A stretch of 64,000 bases of DNA from Bacilli bacterium (GTDB lineage Bacteria > Bacillota_I > Bacilli_A > RF39 > UBA660), in contig JAFUTX010000031.1 in the NCBI GenBank assembly GCA_017484065.1, positions 98,581-162,580 of the forward strand, read 5' to 3'. Numbering within the stretch: the stretch's first letter is position 1; the number at the start of each line of letters is the position of its first letter. Shown one piece after another: positions 49,024 to 59,249 of the stretch. Made by a program: the position numbers and the translations under genes. The notes beneath the pieces are model-generated. The model searched no databases. It was not told the origin of the DNA and worked only from the letters and a program-made list of their open reading frames with translations.

Positions 49024-49425
49024 ATGATAATAAATGATAGTTACAATACTAAACAAAAAGAATTAATATTAGAAGAAATAAAAAAACAAAAAGGTGAATT
49101 TACAATTAAAGATATTTATACTAATCTTAAAAATAAAACGGGGTTAACTACTGTATATAGATTTGTGGATAAACTATTTAAAGATGAAAAGCTTAATAAA
49201 TTTATTGGTAAAGATAATATTACATATTATGAGTATTTAGAAGATTGCAGTGAATCTAATCATTTTTATCTTAAATGTATTTATTGTAAAAAATTAATTC
49301 ACATAGATTGCGATTGTATAACAGAATTGTCAAATCATATATTAAAAAAACATAAATTTAGACCTAGTAAAGAACATATAATTATTAATGGAATTTGTCA
49401 AGAGTGTTTTAATGAAGGAGAATAG
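49024..49425 (+). CDS. zur: Fur-family metalloregulator (Zur-like by context); ORF-track start 48964 lies upstream of promoter so 49024 preferred
   Basis: HTH region + CxxC...CxxC structural zinc site; RBS AAAGGA 7 nt before ATG 49024. Confidence 0.65.
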   Translation: MIINDSYNTKQKELILEEIKKQKGEFTIKDIYTNLKNKTGLTTVYRFVDKLFKDEKLNKFIGKDNITYYEYLEDCSESNHFYLKCIYCKKLIHIDCDCITELSNHILKKHKFRPSKEHIIINGICQECFNEGE

Positions 49426-49430
49426 AGCAT

Positions 49431-49721
49431 ATGAAAGCAAAATATAAAGTTGTTGCTACGATATTACTAATATCAATAATATTTCGTTTTTGTTTTGTTA
49501 TAACTCATCTAAAACATGACTGTTCTCATGATGATAATTGTCCTATTTGTGAAATAATTCATCGATTAAAAAATGATATAGATTTAATAACTCCAAATAT
49601 AAATAATATAATAATTGCTATAATTTTATTATTTCCTCCAATAGCATTGTATTGTAAATATTGGTTAAGCGACAAAAATGAAAGTACCTTAGTAGGATTA
49701 AAAGTCAAATTACTTAATTAA
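49431..49721 (+). CDS. small 2-TM protein with CSHDDNCPIC motif
   Basis: 96 aa; Cys/His cluster between TMs. Confidence 0.35.
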   Translation: MKAKYKVVATILLISIIFRFCFVITHLKHDCSHDDNCPICEIIHRLKNDIDLITPNINNIIIAIILLFPPIALYCKYWLSDKNESTLVGLKVKLLN

Positions 49722-49758
49722 AATCTATCTAAAAAATAATTATATAGATGGAGGAAAA

Positions 49759-50712
49759 ATGAAAATAGTAAGAAGAATAATAATTATTGCAATGCTGTTT
49801 TTTTCTATAGTTAGTTTAGCAGGTTGCAATAAAAATAACGAGAATAATAAATTAACTATAATATCAACCAGTTTTCCTGGGTATGATTTAGCAAGAGCTA
49901 TTATAAAAAATAATAGTAATATAGAGGTAAATATGCTATTAAAACCGGGAGCAGAATTACATGATTTTGAGCCTACACCACAGGATATTAAGAATATAAA
50001 AAATAGTGATATTTTTATTTATGTAGGTGGCGATTCAGATGCATGGATAGAAGATATATTAGATGATATTGATACTGATAAAACGAAAATAATTAAATTA
50101 ATGGATTTAGTTGATACGGTAGAGGAAGAACACGTTGAAGGCATGGAAGAAAATCATGATGAAGATGAAGAAGAGGAAGTTGAATATGATGAACACGTAT
50201 GGACTAGTCCTATTAATGCAATTACTATAACTGATAAATTAAAAGAAAAAATAATAAAAATTGATACTGCTAATAAAGATTTATATGAAAAAAATGCAAG
50301 TAATTATATCAATGAATTAAATATTATTGATAAAAAAATTAGAGATTTGGTAGATAATTCTAAGAAAAAAGAAATAATTTTTGGGGATAGATTTCCATTA
50401 CGTTATTTTGTTATGGAATATAATTTGAATTATTATGCTGCTTTTCCTGGATGTAGTGAAGCAACTGAAGCTAGTGCTAAAACTGTCAGTTTTTTAGTGA
50501 ATAAGGTAAAGCAAGATAAAATACCTGTAGTATTTAAAATAGAACTATCAAGTGGTAAGATAGCTGAAACTATAGCTAAAGAAACTGGGGCAAAGGTATT
50601 AGAATATAATACTGCTCATAATATAACTCAACAGGATTTTGATAAAGGTGTAACTATTGTAGATATAATGAATAATAATATAAAAGTATTGAAAGAAGCT
50701 CTTGTATCTTGA
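49759..50712 (+). CDS. znuA: metal (zinc-type) ABC transporter substrate-binding lipoprotein with His/acidic loop
   Basis: lipobox LAGC; ZnuA/AdcA fold pattern; EEHVEGMEENHDEDEEEEVEYDEH loop. Confidence 0.85.
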   Translation: MKIVRRIIIIAMLFFSIVSLAGCNKNNENNKLTIISTSFPGYDLARAIIKNNSNIEVNMLLKPGAELHDFEPTPQDIKNIKNSDIFIYVGGDSDAWIEDILDDIDTDKTKIIKLMDLVDTVEEEHVEGMEENHDEDEEEEVEYDEHVWTSPINAITITDKLKEKIIKIDTANKDLYEKNASNYINELNIIDKKIRDLVDNSKKKEIIFGDRFPLRYFVMEYNLNYYAAFPGCSEATEASAKTVSFLVNKVKQDKIPVVFKIELSSGKIAETIAKETGAKVLEYNTAHNITQQDFDKGVTIVDIMNNNIKVLKEALVS

Positions 50713-51389
50713 ATTTGATTGAATTAAATAATCTTTCTTTAGGTTATAATAATAATATAGTTATTGATAATATTAATCTAAATATTGAAGATGGTGACTT
50801 TTTATGTATAGTTGGGCCTAATGGAAGTGGAAAATCAACGCTTATTAAAGGAATATTAGGTTTAATTAAACCAATTAAAGGTAAAATTATTTATAATGAT
50901 TTAAAACCAAATTTTATTGGCTATATGCCACAAGAAACTAAGGTTAATTCTAATTTTCCAGCAACTGTTTTTGAAATAGTATTATCTGGGACACTAAATA
51001 GGTTAGGATTAAAGTCATTTTACACAAAAAAAGAAAAGCAAATAGCTTTAAGTAACTTAAAAATACTTGGCATTGAAAGTTTAAAAAATAAAAGTTTTGG
51101 TGATTTATCTGGTGGTCAAAGACAAAAAGTATTATTAGCTAGAAGTCTTTGTGCCACTTCTAAATTACTTATTTTAGATGAACCATCTAATAATTTAGAT
51201 AGCAAGTCTAAAAAAGAATTATATAAAATAATATTAGATTTAAATAATAATTATAAGATTACAATTATAATGATTACTCACGATTTAGACCATAATAATT
51301 TAATTGGTAATAAAATATTATCTTTAAAAGATGATGATATATTTTATGGAACTGTTGATGAGTTTGTAAGGAAAGTCCATCATGAATAA
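50709..51389 (+). CDS. znuC: metal ABC transporter ATP-binding protein (TTG start overlapping znuA stop)
   Basis: GPNGSGKST, LSGGQRQ, LILDEP. Confidence 0.85.
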   Translation: MNLIELNNLSLGYNNNIVIDNINLNIEDGDFLCIVGPNGSGKSTLIKGILGLIKPIKGKIIYNDLKPNFIGYMPQETKVNSNFPATVFEIVLSGTLNRLGLKSFYTKKEKQIALSNLKILGIESLKNKSFGDLSGGQRQKVLLARSLCATSKLLILDEPSNNLDSKSKKELYKIILDLNNNYKITIIMITHDLDHNNLIGNKILSLKDDDIFYGTVDEFVRKVHHE

Positions 51390-52203
51390 TATTATTGAAA
51401 TGTTTTCTTACGCTTTTATGGTAAGAGCTTTTATAGTAGGTACTCTAATATCTTTATGTGCTTCTTTAATTGGTGTATCTTTAGTTTTAAGAAAAAATTC
51501 TATGATAGGAGATGGACTTTCACATGTTGGGTTTGGGGCATTTTCTATTGCTACTATTCTAGGTTTCTCACCAATTGAGTTTTCTATTCCAGTTGTAGTA
51601 ATTGTTTCATTTTTAATCCTAAAACTAAATGACAGTAATAAAATTCATGGGGATAGTGCTATAGCTCTAATTTCAGCAAGCTCTTTAGCAATAGGCACGT
51701 TTTTGGTATCAATAGTTAAAGGGGTTAATACAGATATAAATAATTATTTATTTGGTAGTATATTATCACTTAATAATACTGATGTACTTTTAAGTATAAT
51801 ACTATCTATATTAATAATGCTATTATACATAATTTCTTATAATAAAATTTTTGCAATTACTTTTGACGAAAGGTTTTCTAAAGGAATAGGCATTAATACT
51901 AATTTTTATAATATGATTTTTGCTTCTCTATGTAGTATAGTGATAGTTTTAGGAATGCGTTTAATGGGAGCATTACTTATTTCAAGCTTAATTATTTTTC
52001 CAACTATATCTTCTATGCAATATTTTAAAAGTTTTAAAAGTGTAGTTATATCAAGTGCCTTTATTGGAGTATTATCCTTTATTGTAGGATTAATTATTTC
52101 ATATAGTTTTGAAACTCCCACTGGATCAACTATTGTAATTATTAATCTAATCATGTTATTATTATTTAAGGTGATAAATTATTTAAGAATAAGGAGGATA
52201 TGA
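51382..52203 (+). CDS. znuB: metal ABC transporter permease
   Basis: 273 aa, ZnuB/ABC-3 family TM pattern. Confidence 0.85.
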   Translation: MNNIIEMFSYAFMVRAFIVGTLISLCASLIGVSLVLRKNSMIGDGLSHVGFGAFSIATILGFSPIEFSIPVVVIVSFLILKLNDSNKIHGDSAIALISASSLAIGTFLVSIVKGVNTDINNYLFGSILSLNNTDVLLSIILSILIMLLYIISYNKIFAITFDERFSKGIGINTNFYNMIFASLCSIVIVLGMRLMGALLISSLIIFPTISSMQYFKSFKSVVISSAFIGVLSFIVGLIISYSFETPTGSTIVIINLIMLLLFKVINYLRIRRI

Positions 52204-53120
52204 TGGACGTAATAAAAAACATATCAATAATATTTACTTCAATATTTTTTGAAAGTTTACCTTTTTTACTATTAGGTTCGCTTTTATCAGCTATTATTGA
52301 GACATATGTATCAAATGAAACAATAAGTAAGCTTATCCCAAAGAATAAAGTATTAGGTTCTATTGTGGGTGTGTTTTTAGGCTTTTTCTTACCAGCTTGT
52401 GATTGTGCAGTAATACCTGTATCTAAAAGGTTATTAAAAAAGAAAGTACCTATTAATGTAGCAATATCATTTATGTTAGCATCGCCGATTATTAATCCGG
52501 TAGTTCTACTTTCAACTTATAATGCTTTTTATCGAACTAATCCGAAGATTTTTTGGTATCGATTATTATTTGGCATCATAATTTCATTACTTATTGGAAT
52601 TATTATGGGAATTATCTTCAATAAAAAAGAGGTAATAACTAATAATATGGATGAAGATTGTTGTCATAATCATGATGAAGAATGTGGATGTAATCATACG
52701 CATCATCATGGTTTAAAAAAGGATACAATGTCTATATGTCGACATACTGCAATTGATTTATTTGAAGTTGTTAAATATCTAATTTTTGGAGCATTAATTG
52801 CATCGTTTGTTCAAGTACTGTTACCAAGAAATATATTAATGATATTTAATAATAATCAAGTATTATCTATTATTGTATTAATGTTATTTGCTTATCTAAT
52901 ATCTTTATGTTCAACTTCAGATTCTTTTGTTGGTAAATCTTTATTAGGAGTGTTTAATCAAAGTTCAATAATTGCTTATCTTTTACTTGGGCCAATGATT
53001 GATATTAAAAATACGATAGTTTTATTAGGTAATTATAAGAAGAGTTTTGTTATAACTTTAATATCATTAATATTTATTATCATCTTTATATGTAGTTTAT
53101 TGGTGGTGAAGATATTATGA
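52200..53120 (+). CDS. COG0701-type permease with Cys/His-rich loop (CCHNHDEECGCNHTHHHG)
   Basis: two 4-TM halves split by metal-binding loop; pairs with TIGR03943 gene. Confidence 0.6.
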   Translation: MMDVIKNISIIFTSIFFESLPFLLLGSLLSAIIETYVSNETISKLIPKNKVLGSIVGVFLGFFLPACDCAVIPVSKRLLKKKVPINVAISFMLASPIINPVVLLSTYNAFYRTNPKIFWYRLLFGIIISLLIGIIMGIIFNKKEVITNNMDEDCCHNHDEECGCNHTHHHGLKKDTMSICRHTAIDLFEVVKYLIFGALIASFVQVLLPRNILMIFNNNQVLSIIVLMLFAYLISLCSTSDSFVGKSLLGVFNQSSIIAYLLLGPMIDIKNTIVLLGNYKKSFVITLISLIFIIIFICSLLVVKIL

Positions 53121-53962
53121 GTAAGAGATATTTAGGAGTAATTTGTCTATTATATTCAGGTATTATTACTTATGTATGGATATTTGATAAGTTAAAAAAC
53201 TATTTAGCTCCAACTTTACAAATATACCTTAAGCTATCTTTAATACCAATGATTTTCATCGGACTTGTAATGTTATTTAATAATAAAGTTCATTATCATT
53301 TTAAGATTAGTGACTTAATTTTAATATTACCGCTTATATTATTAATTTTATCTAATGATGGTAGATTAACATCTAGTTTTGCTAGTAATAGGACAATGAA
53401 TATAAAAATGGATAATAAAAAAAGTATCAAAAAAGATAATCAAATAACAAATAAAAAAGAAGAACAAGAGAGTACTAAAGAATTAGAAGTTAATAATGAA
53501 GAAATAAAAGAAGAAAAACAAGCAGAAAAGTATGATTTTTCTAATGTTGATTTTGATATAATTGATTCAGTTTATGATGAGTTATCTAACTATCTTACTT
53601 TTGCTCCAATGGCTAATAAATATGAAGGAAAGACTATAAAATTAAAAGGTTTTGCTTTAAATGATGCAGTATTTTTACCTAAAGGATATTATGCAATAGG
53701 GAAGTATTTAATTAGTTGTTGTGCTGCTGATGCTGAGTTTACCGGTTTTGTTATTAAGTATGACGGTAATATCATTAATGATAATTGGTATGATATAGAA
53801 GGAGTACTTAAACCAGGTAAAGATAAAGATGGTAATGATATAATGTATATTGAAGTTATTAATATAAAAGATATAGCTAAAGAAGAACAATATGTTTATC
53901 CTTGTTATGCTTATGATGATGGTAAATGTGCAGATGTAGCTAAATATAACTTAGAATATTAG
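53117..53962 (+). CDS. TIGR03943-family putative permease partner subunit
   Basis: N-terminal TMs + C-terminal CCAADAE-containing domain; canonical partner of COG0701. Confidence 0.55.
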   Translation: MSKRYLGVICLLYSGIITYVWIFDKLKNYLAPTLQIYLKLSLIPMIFIGLVMLFNNKVHYHFKISDLILILPLILLILSNDGRLTSSFASNRTMNIKMDNKKSIKKDNQITNKKEEQESTKELEVNNEEIKEEKQAEKYDFSNVDFDIIDSVYDELSNYLTFAPMANKYEGKTIKLKGFALNDAVFLPKGYYAIGKYLISCCAADAEFTGFVIKYDGNIINDNWYDIEGVLKPGKDKDGNDIMYIEVINIKDIAKEEQYVYPCYAYDDGKCADVAKYNLEY

Positions 53963-53998
53963 TAATATAATTATAGTCTATTATTATGGAGTGAAAAT

Positions 53999-54742
53999 AT
54001 GAAAAAGAAAAGATTAAAAATATGGATAGTAATTATTTTTGCAATTATATGTTTAGGGTTATGTATATATTCAATTTATAATATTGTTATTTGGAAATTA
54101 AATGTAGATTCTAATAATGATATTAATGAAAAAGTAAAAGAGTATATCAATATAGATGATGATGGTACAGAGAATTATGATATTGATTTTAAATCTTTAA
54201 GAATTATTAATTCTGAAGTAGTAGGATATATAAAAGTTAATGGAACTAACATTGATTACCCTGTAGTACAAGGAACTAACAATAGTTATTATCTTAAACA
54301 TAATTTAAAAAAAGAATATAATATTGCCGGATGGATATTTGCTGATTATAGAAATAAACTAGATGGTAGCGATAAAAATTTAATTATATATGGTCATAAC
54401 ACTAAAGATGGTAGTATGTTTGGCTCTTTAAAAAATATATTAGATAGTACTTGGCAAAATAATAAAAATAATTTACAAGTAATCCTTGTTACAGAAAAAG
54501 GTCAATTTAAATATCAAGTATTTTCTACATATAGTATAGAACCAGAAGATTATTATATAAATACTAACTTTAATAGTGATACTGATTATGAAAAGTTTTT
54601 AAAGACAATTAAGAATAGATCTAATCATGATTATAGTGTATCAATTAGTACTAATGATAAAATACTTACATTATCTAGTTGTATGAATGCTGGTCAAAAA
54701 AGAGTGGTATTACATGCTAAATTAATAGAAGGAGAGGATTAA
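53999..54742 (+). CDS. srtB: class B sortase
   Basis: N-terminal TM, YGHN His, LTLSSC (TLxTC) catalytic Cys, R near C-terminus; 247 aa. Confidence 0.85.
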   Translation: MKKKRLKIWIVIIFAIICLGLCIYSIYNIVIWKLNVDSNNDINEKVKEYINIDDDGTENYDIDFKSLRIINSEVVGYIKVNGTNIDYPVVQGTNNSYYLKHNLKKEYNIAGWIFADYRNKLDGSDKNLIIYGHNTKDGSMFGSLKNILDSTWQNNKNNLQVILVTEKGQFKYQVFSTYSIEPEDYYINTNFNSDTDYEKFLKTIKNRSNHDYSVSISTNDKILTLSSCMNAGQKRVVLHAKLIEGED

Positions 54743-54744
54743 TA

Positions 54745-55731
54745 ATGGAAAATTTAAAAATAACACAAGAATGGGATAAAGTATTTGAAAAAAGGGAGAA
54801 TGTTAAACATAAGAAAGTAACATTTAAAAATCATTTTGGCATTACCTTAGTAGCAGATATGTATGCTCCTAAAAACTATAGTGGTAAGCTAGCTGCTGTT
54901 ATAGTAAGTGGCCCATTTGGCGCAGTAAAAGAACAAGCTAGTGGTTTGTATGCAGAGGAAATGGCTTCTAGAGGTTTTATGAGTTTGGCATTTGATCCTT
55001 CATTTACTGGTGAATCAGGTGGTGAACCAAGATATATGAACTCACCTGATATAAATGTTGAAGATTATCAAGCCGCTATAGATTACGCATCTAACTTAGA
55101 TTTTGTTGATCCAGAAAAAATAGGTATTATTGGTATTTGTGGATGGGGAGGTATGGCTTTACAAACAGCTTGTATTGATACAAGAATAAAAGCAACTGTA
55201 TCATCTACTATGTATGATATGTCTAGAATTGCTGGTAATGGCTATTTTGATGAAGGCGATAATGAAGAAGCTAGATATGAAGCAAGAGTTAATATAAATA
55301 AACAAAGAACTGAGGATTTTAAAAATGGTAGTTATAAGCTAGGCGGAGGATGTTTGGATTTACCAGTACCTGTAGATGCTCCATTCTTTGTAAAAGATTA
55401 TAGTGAGTATTATAAAGGAAGAGCTTATCATAAAAGAAGTTTAAATTCAAATGGTGGATGGAATATTACAGCTAATACATCTTTAATGAATACTAGATTA
55501 TTACATTATTCTAACGAAATTAGAAGTGCAGTTTTAATAATTCATGGTGAAAAAGCTCATTCTTGTTATATGAGTAAAGATGCTTATAAAAATATGATTG
55601 ATAATAGCAAGTATAAAGATAATAAAGAATTACTTATTATTCCTAATGCTGTACATACTGATTTATATGATAATAAAGAGGTAATACCGTTTGATAAAAT
55701 AGAAATATTCTTTAAGGAAAATTTTAAATAA
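54745..55731 (+). CDS. alpha/beta hydrolase (dienelactone-hydrolase/peptidase S9-like)
   Basis: 328 aa; GICGWGG nucleophile elbow region. Confidence 0.65.
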   Translation: MENLKITQEWDKVFEKRENVKHKKVTFKNHFGITLVADMYAPKNYSGKLAAVIVSGPFGAVKEQASGLYAEEMASRGFMSLAFDPSFTGESGGEPRYMNSPDINVEDYQAAIDYASNLDFVDPEKIGIIGICGWGGMALQTACIDTRIKATVSSTMYDMSRIAGNGYFDEGDNEEARYEARVNINKQRTEDFKNGSYKLGGGCLDLPVPVDAPFFVKDYSEYYKGRAYHKRSLNSNGGWNITANTSLMNTRLLHYSNEIRSAVLIIHGEKAHSCYMSKDAYKNMIDNSKYKDNKELLIIPNAVHTDLYDNKEVIPFDKIEIFFKENFK

Positions 55732-56156
55732 TGAAAAAAATATTGTTATTTAGTTTAATTATTGTTTTACTAACTAGTTGTAATAATAATAATGAAAGTG
55801 TAAAGGTAAGTGATAACTTGATATCAGTTTTAAAAGTAAATATTAATAACGTAGATTATACTATGAATCTAGAAAACAATAAAACAGTAGAAGAATTTGT
55901 TAATATATTGCCTAAAACATTTAAAATGAATGAATTAAATGGAAATGAAAAATATGTATATTTGGATGAATCTCTTACAACAAATAGCAGTAATCCTAAA
56001 ACTATAAATGTAGGTGATGTAATGTTATATGGTGATAATTGCCTAGTTATTTTTTATAAAACATTTGATACATCATATAGTTATACTAAGATTGGTCATA
56101 TTGATAATTTACCTGATTTAGGTGCTTCTAGTATAACTATCAGTATAAGTAAATAA
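55731..56156 (+). CDS. lipoprotein, cyclophilin-like fold family
   Basis: lipobox LTSC; 141 aa. Confidence 0.4.
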   Translation: MKKILLFSLIIVLLTSCNNNNESVKVSDNLISVLKVNINNVDYTMNLENNKTVEEFVNILPKTFKMNELNGNEKYVYLDESLTTNSSNPKTINVGDVMLYGDNCLVIFYKTFDTSYSYTKIGHIDNLPDLGASSITISISK

Positions 56157-56229
56157 ATATACTCTATATTTTATCTTGCATAAATAGATAATTGTGTTAG
56201 AATATTTGGCAAGAGAGGAGTTATTATTT

Positions 56230-56664
56230 ATGAAGAGTGGAAAAATTATTATAGCAAGTTTATTAGCAGTATTTTTACTAACAGGATGTGCATCTAAAGA
56301 ATCAAAATTAACTTGTACTCAAACAACTAGTGGAGTAGATGTAATATTTATTGTTGATTTTAAAGGTAATGTAATTGATAATATGGATATTAATTATAAT
56401 ATGGATTTATCTAAATATTCAGATGCTCAAATAGAAGCAGTAGGTAAACAAGATTTTTGTTCATCAGTAAAAAATGCTTTTGGTTCATATAAAGAAGCTT
56501 TTAATAATTGTAAGCAAAATATAGCTGATAAGAAATTAGAAGTAACTGCTGATTTAGAAATTGAAAAAGTTTCTGATAGTATTCTTGATAAATTAGCATC
56601 ACCTGAAGCTGCTAAAGAAGAATTAGAAGACGAAGGTTATACTTGTACATTAGAAACAAAATAG
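56230..56664 (+). CDS. YehR-like lipoprotein (DUF1307); ATG 56230 with RBS preferred over 56194
   Basis: lipobox LTGC, conserved Cys pairs. Confidence 0.5.
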   Translation: MKSGKIIIASLLAVFLLTGCASKESKLTCTQTTSGVDVIFIVDFKGNVIDNMDINYNMDLSKYSDAQIEAVGKQDFCSSVKNAFGSYKEAFNNCKQNIADKKLEVTADLEIEKVSDSILDKLASPEAAKEELEDEGYTCTLETK

Positions 56665-56752
56665 TTTTAATTAATAATAATTGATAGATTGAAATACATC
56701 TATCTTTTTTTGATTTTTAAAATATGATAAGATGATATTAGGTGAAGTTCTG

Positions 56753-57481
56753 ATGGATTTTAATAGAGATTTAATAGTACGTAAAATAACTTTACAAAGG
56801 GATAAAATAGAATCATTTGATAAGTATCCATTTAACATTGAAGTTATTAAAAGTTTCAATGAATTAAAGTTTGACAGCCAAGTTACTTTTCTAGTTGGGG
56901 AAAATGGAGTAGGTAAATCAACATTTATAGAAGCTTTAGCAGTAGCTCTAGGTATGCCAGCTGAAGGTGGAACTAATAATTTTAGGTATGAAACAAAGAA
57001 TACTACATCAGAATTATCGGATTATTTAATAGTTAGTTTATATAACAAAGCTAAAACAAAATTTTTCTTAAGAGCAGAGAGCTTTTATAATTTTTGCAGT
57101 GAAGTAGATAATATTAGGGCTACGTGTTACTATGGTGGAAGTTTACATGAATGTTCTCACGGAGAGTCTTTTATTCAATTAATACAAAATAGATTTTCTG
57201 ATCATGGATTATATATTTTAGATGAACCAGAAGCGGCATTATCTGCACAAAGACAATTATCACTTCTTTGTTTAATTGATCAATTAGTTAAAGATGGAAG
57301 TCAGTTTATAATAGCTACTCACTCTCCAATTTTAATAAGTTATCGAGATGGTAAAATCTTAGATTTAAATAATAATTTTAAAGAGATTAAATATGAACAA
57401 ACTGATATTTATACTTTATATAAAATGTATTTAGATAATCCAGATGCAATGCAACATAGATTATTTGATACGTATGATTAG
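56753..57481 (+). CDS. standalone ABC/AAA_21-type ATPase (Walker A GENGVGKST)
   Basis: P-loop, Q-loop, signature-like and Walker B DEPE; RBS AGGTGA 8 nt before ATG 56753. Confidence 0.6.
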   Translation: MDFNRDLIVRKITLQRDKIESFDKYPFNIEVIKSFNELKFDSQVTFLVGENGVGKSTFIEALAVALGMPAEGGTNNFRYETKNTTSELSDYLIVSLYNKAKTKFFLRAESFYNFCSEVDNIRATCYYGGSLHECSHGESFIQLIQNRFSDHGLYILDEPEAALSAQRQLSLLCLIDQLVKDGSQFIIATHSPILISYRDGKILDLNNNFKEIKYEQTDIYTLYKMYLDNPDAMQHRLFDTYD

Positions 57482-57579
57482 AATAAAACTTTTATTCTAG
57501 TTAATAGTATGATACTATTATTATGTAATTAAGTGGGTATTACAAAAGTGAAATTTCAATATTAGAAAGGAATGATAAA

Positions 57580-57894
57580 ATGATATTGGTTAATATTGAA
57601 AGTATTCCAGGTAAAGAAATATCTGAAGTATTAGGTTTAGTAAAAGGAGAAGTTGTACAATCTAAACATGTTGGTAAAGATTTTATGGCAGGCATGAAAA
57701 CACTAGTTGGAGGAGAAATTAAAGGTTATACTGAAATGATGAAAGAAGCGAGAATTATTGCTACAGATAGAATGATTGAAGAAGCTAAAAGTTTAGGTGC
57801 TGATGCTATAGTTGGTGTAAAATATGGTTCTTCAGCTGTTATGCAAGGTGCTAGTGAAATACTTGCTTATGGTACTGCAGTTAAGTTAAAATAA
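57580..57894 (+). CDS. ybjQ: YbjQ/UPF0145 family protein
   Basis: 104 aa, characteristic GGE..GY and GADAIVG motifs. Confidence 0.8.
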   Translation: MILVNIESIPGKEISEVLGLVKGEVVQSKHVGKDFMAGMKTLVGGEIKGYTEMMKEARIIATDRMIEEAKSLGADAIVGVKYGSSAVMQGASEILAYGTAVKLK

Positions 57895-57959
57895 TCTAAG
57901 TTATTTTAACTTTTTTTGTTATTCTTTTTTTGATAATATAAATATGGAGGTAAACTATT

Positions 57960-59159
57960 ATGAATGAGATTAAATGTCCTAAATGTGGAACAGTATTTCA
58001 AATAGATGAAAGTGATTATGATTCTATTGTTAAACAAATAAGAGATAAAGAGTTTGCTAAAGAATTAGAAGCTCATGATAATTTACATAAACTAGATAAA
58101 GAAAGTGCAATTAAAATAGCTTTAAATAATCTTGAAAAGAACTATAATGAAAAGTTAAAACAAAATGAAATAGAAATAAATGAATTGAATAATAAATTGA
58201 AATTACAAGAAACAAAAAATGAACTAGCTATAAAAGATGCATTATCTTTAAAAGAAAAAGAAATAAGTTCACTACAAAATAAATTAGAATTAAGTAATAA
58301 TGAGTATTTAATTAAAGAAAAAAATTTAAAAGAAAGTTATGAAGAAAAAATTAAAACTAAAGATGAACAAATATCTTATTATAAAGACTTTAAAGCTAAA
58401 CAATCTACTAAAATGATAGGAGAATCTCTAGAAGTACATTGTAGTACTGAATTTAATAAATTAAGGCCATTATTTAAAAATGCTTACTTTGAAAAAGATA
58501 ATGATGTTAAAACTGGTTCTAAGGGAGATTTTATATTTAGAGATTATGATGATGATAATACTGAGATAGTTTCTATTATGTTTGAAATGAAAAATGAAGC
58601 CGATGAAACTGCTACTAAACATAAGAATGAAGATTTCTTTAAAGAATTGGATAAAGATAGAAAAGAAAAAAAGTGTGAGTATGCGGTATTAGTATCTTTA
58701 CTAGAAATTGATAATGATTATTATAATAATGGAATAGTGGATGTATCTTATAAATATGATAAGATGTATGTTATACGTCCTCAATTCTTTATTCCTTTAA
58801 TAACTTTAATAAGAAGTTTGGCAATTAATTCATTAACTTATAAAAAGGAATTACAAGTAATTCAAAATCAAAATATAGATATATCTCATTTTGAAGAAAA
58901 TATGAATGCTTTTAAAGAAGGGTTTAGTAGGAATTATCGCTTAGCTAGTGAAAAATTTAATAAAGCTATTGAAGAAATAGATAAAACTATTGATCATTTA
59001 CAAAAAACTAAAGATGCTTTATTATCAAGTGAAAACAATCTAAGATTAGCTAATAATAAAGCTGAGGATTTATCAATTAAAAGATTAACTAAGAATAGTG
59101 AAACTATGGCTAAAATGTTTGAAGAACTACATAGTGATGAAGAAAAAGTTAAAATATAG
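57960..59159 (+). CDS. DUF2130 protein (N-terminal zinc ribbon CPKCG, coiled coil, C-terminal globular domain)
   Basis: 399 aa. Confidence 0.55.
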   Translation: MNEIKCPKCGTVFQIDESDYDSIVKQIRDKEFAKELEAHDNLHKLDKESAIKIALNNLEKNYNEKLKQNEIEINELNNKLKLQETKNELAIKDALSLKEKEISSLQNKLELSNNEYLIKEKNLKESYEEKIKTKDEQISYYKDFKAKQSTKMIGESLEVHCSTEFNKLRPLFKNAYFEKDNDVKTGSKGDFIFRDYDDDNTEIVSIMFEMKNEADETATKHKNEDFFKELDKDRKEKKCEYAVLVSLLEIDNDYYNNGIVDVSYKYDKMYVIRPQFFIPLITLIRSLAINSLTYKKELQVIQNQNIDISHFEENMNAFKEGFSRNYRLASEKFNKAIEEIDKTIDHLQKTKDALLSSENNLRLANNKAEDLSIKRLTKNSETMAKMFEELHSDEEKVKI

Positions 59160-59249
59160 ATAATAGTTATTTTGATAATTAATATTTATTAGATTTAGTT
59201 TATATTAATTGAATAATGTGATAGAATAACAATCGAGGGTAGTGATAAA

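Noticed and set aside
51906-52154. 82-aa minus-strand ORF
   Set aside because: Antisense to znuB permease gene.
53708-53890. 60-aa minus-strand ORF
   Set aside because: Antisense to TIGR03943 gene.
56671-56859. 62-aa minus-strand ORF
   Set aside because: Antisense across the start of the ABC-like ATPase gene; no RBS.
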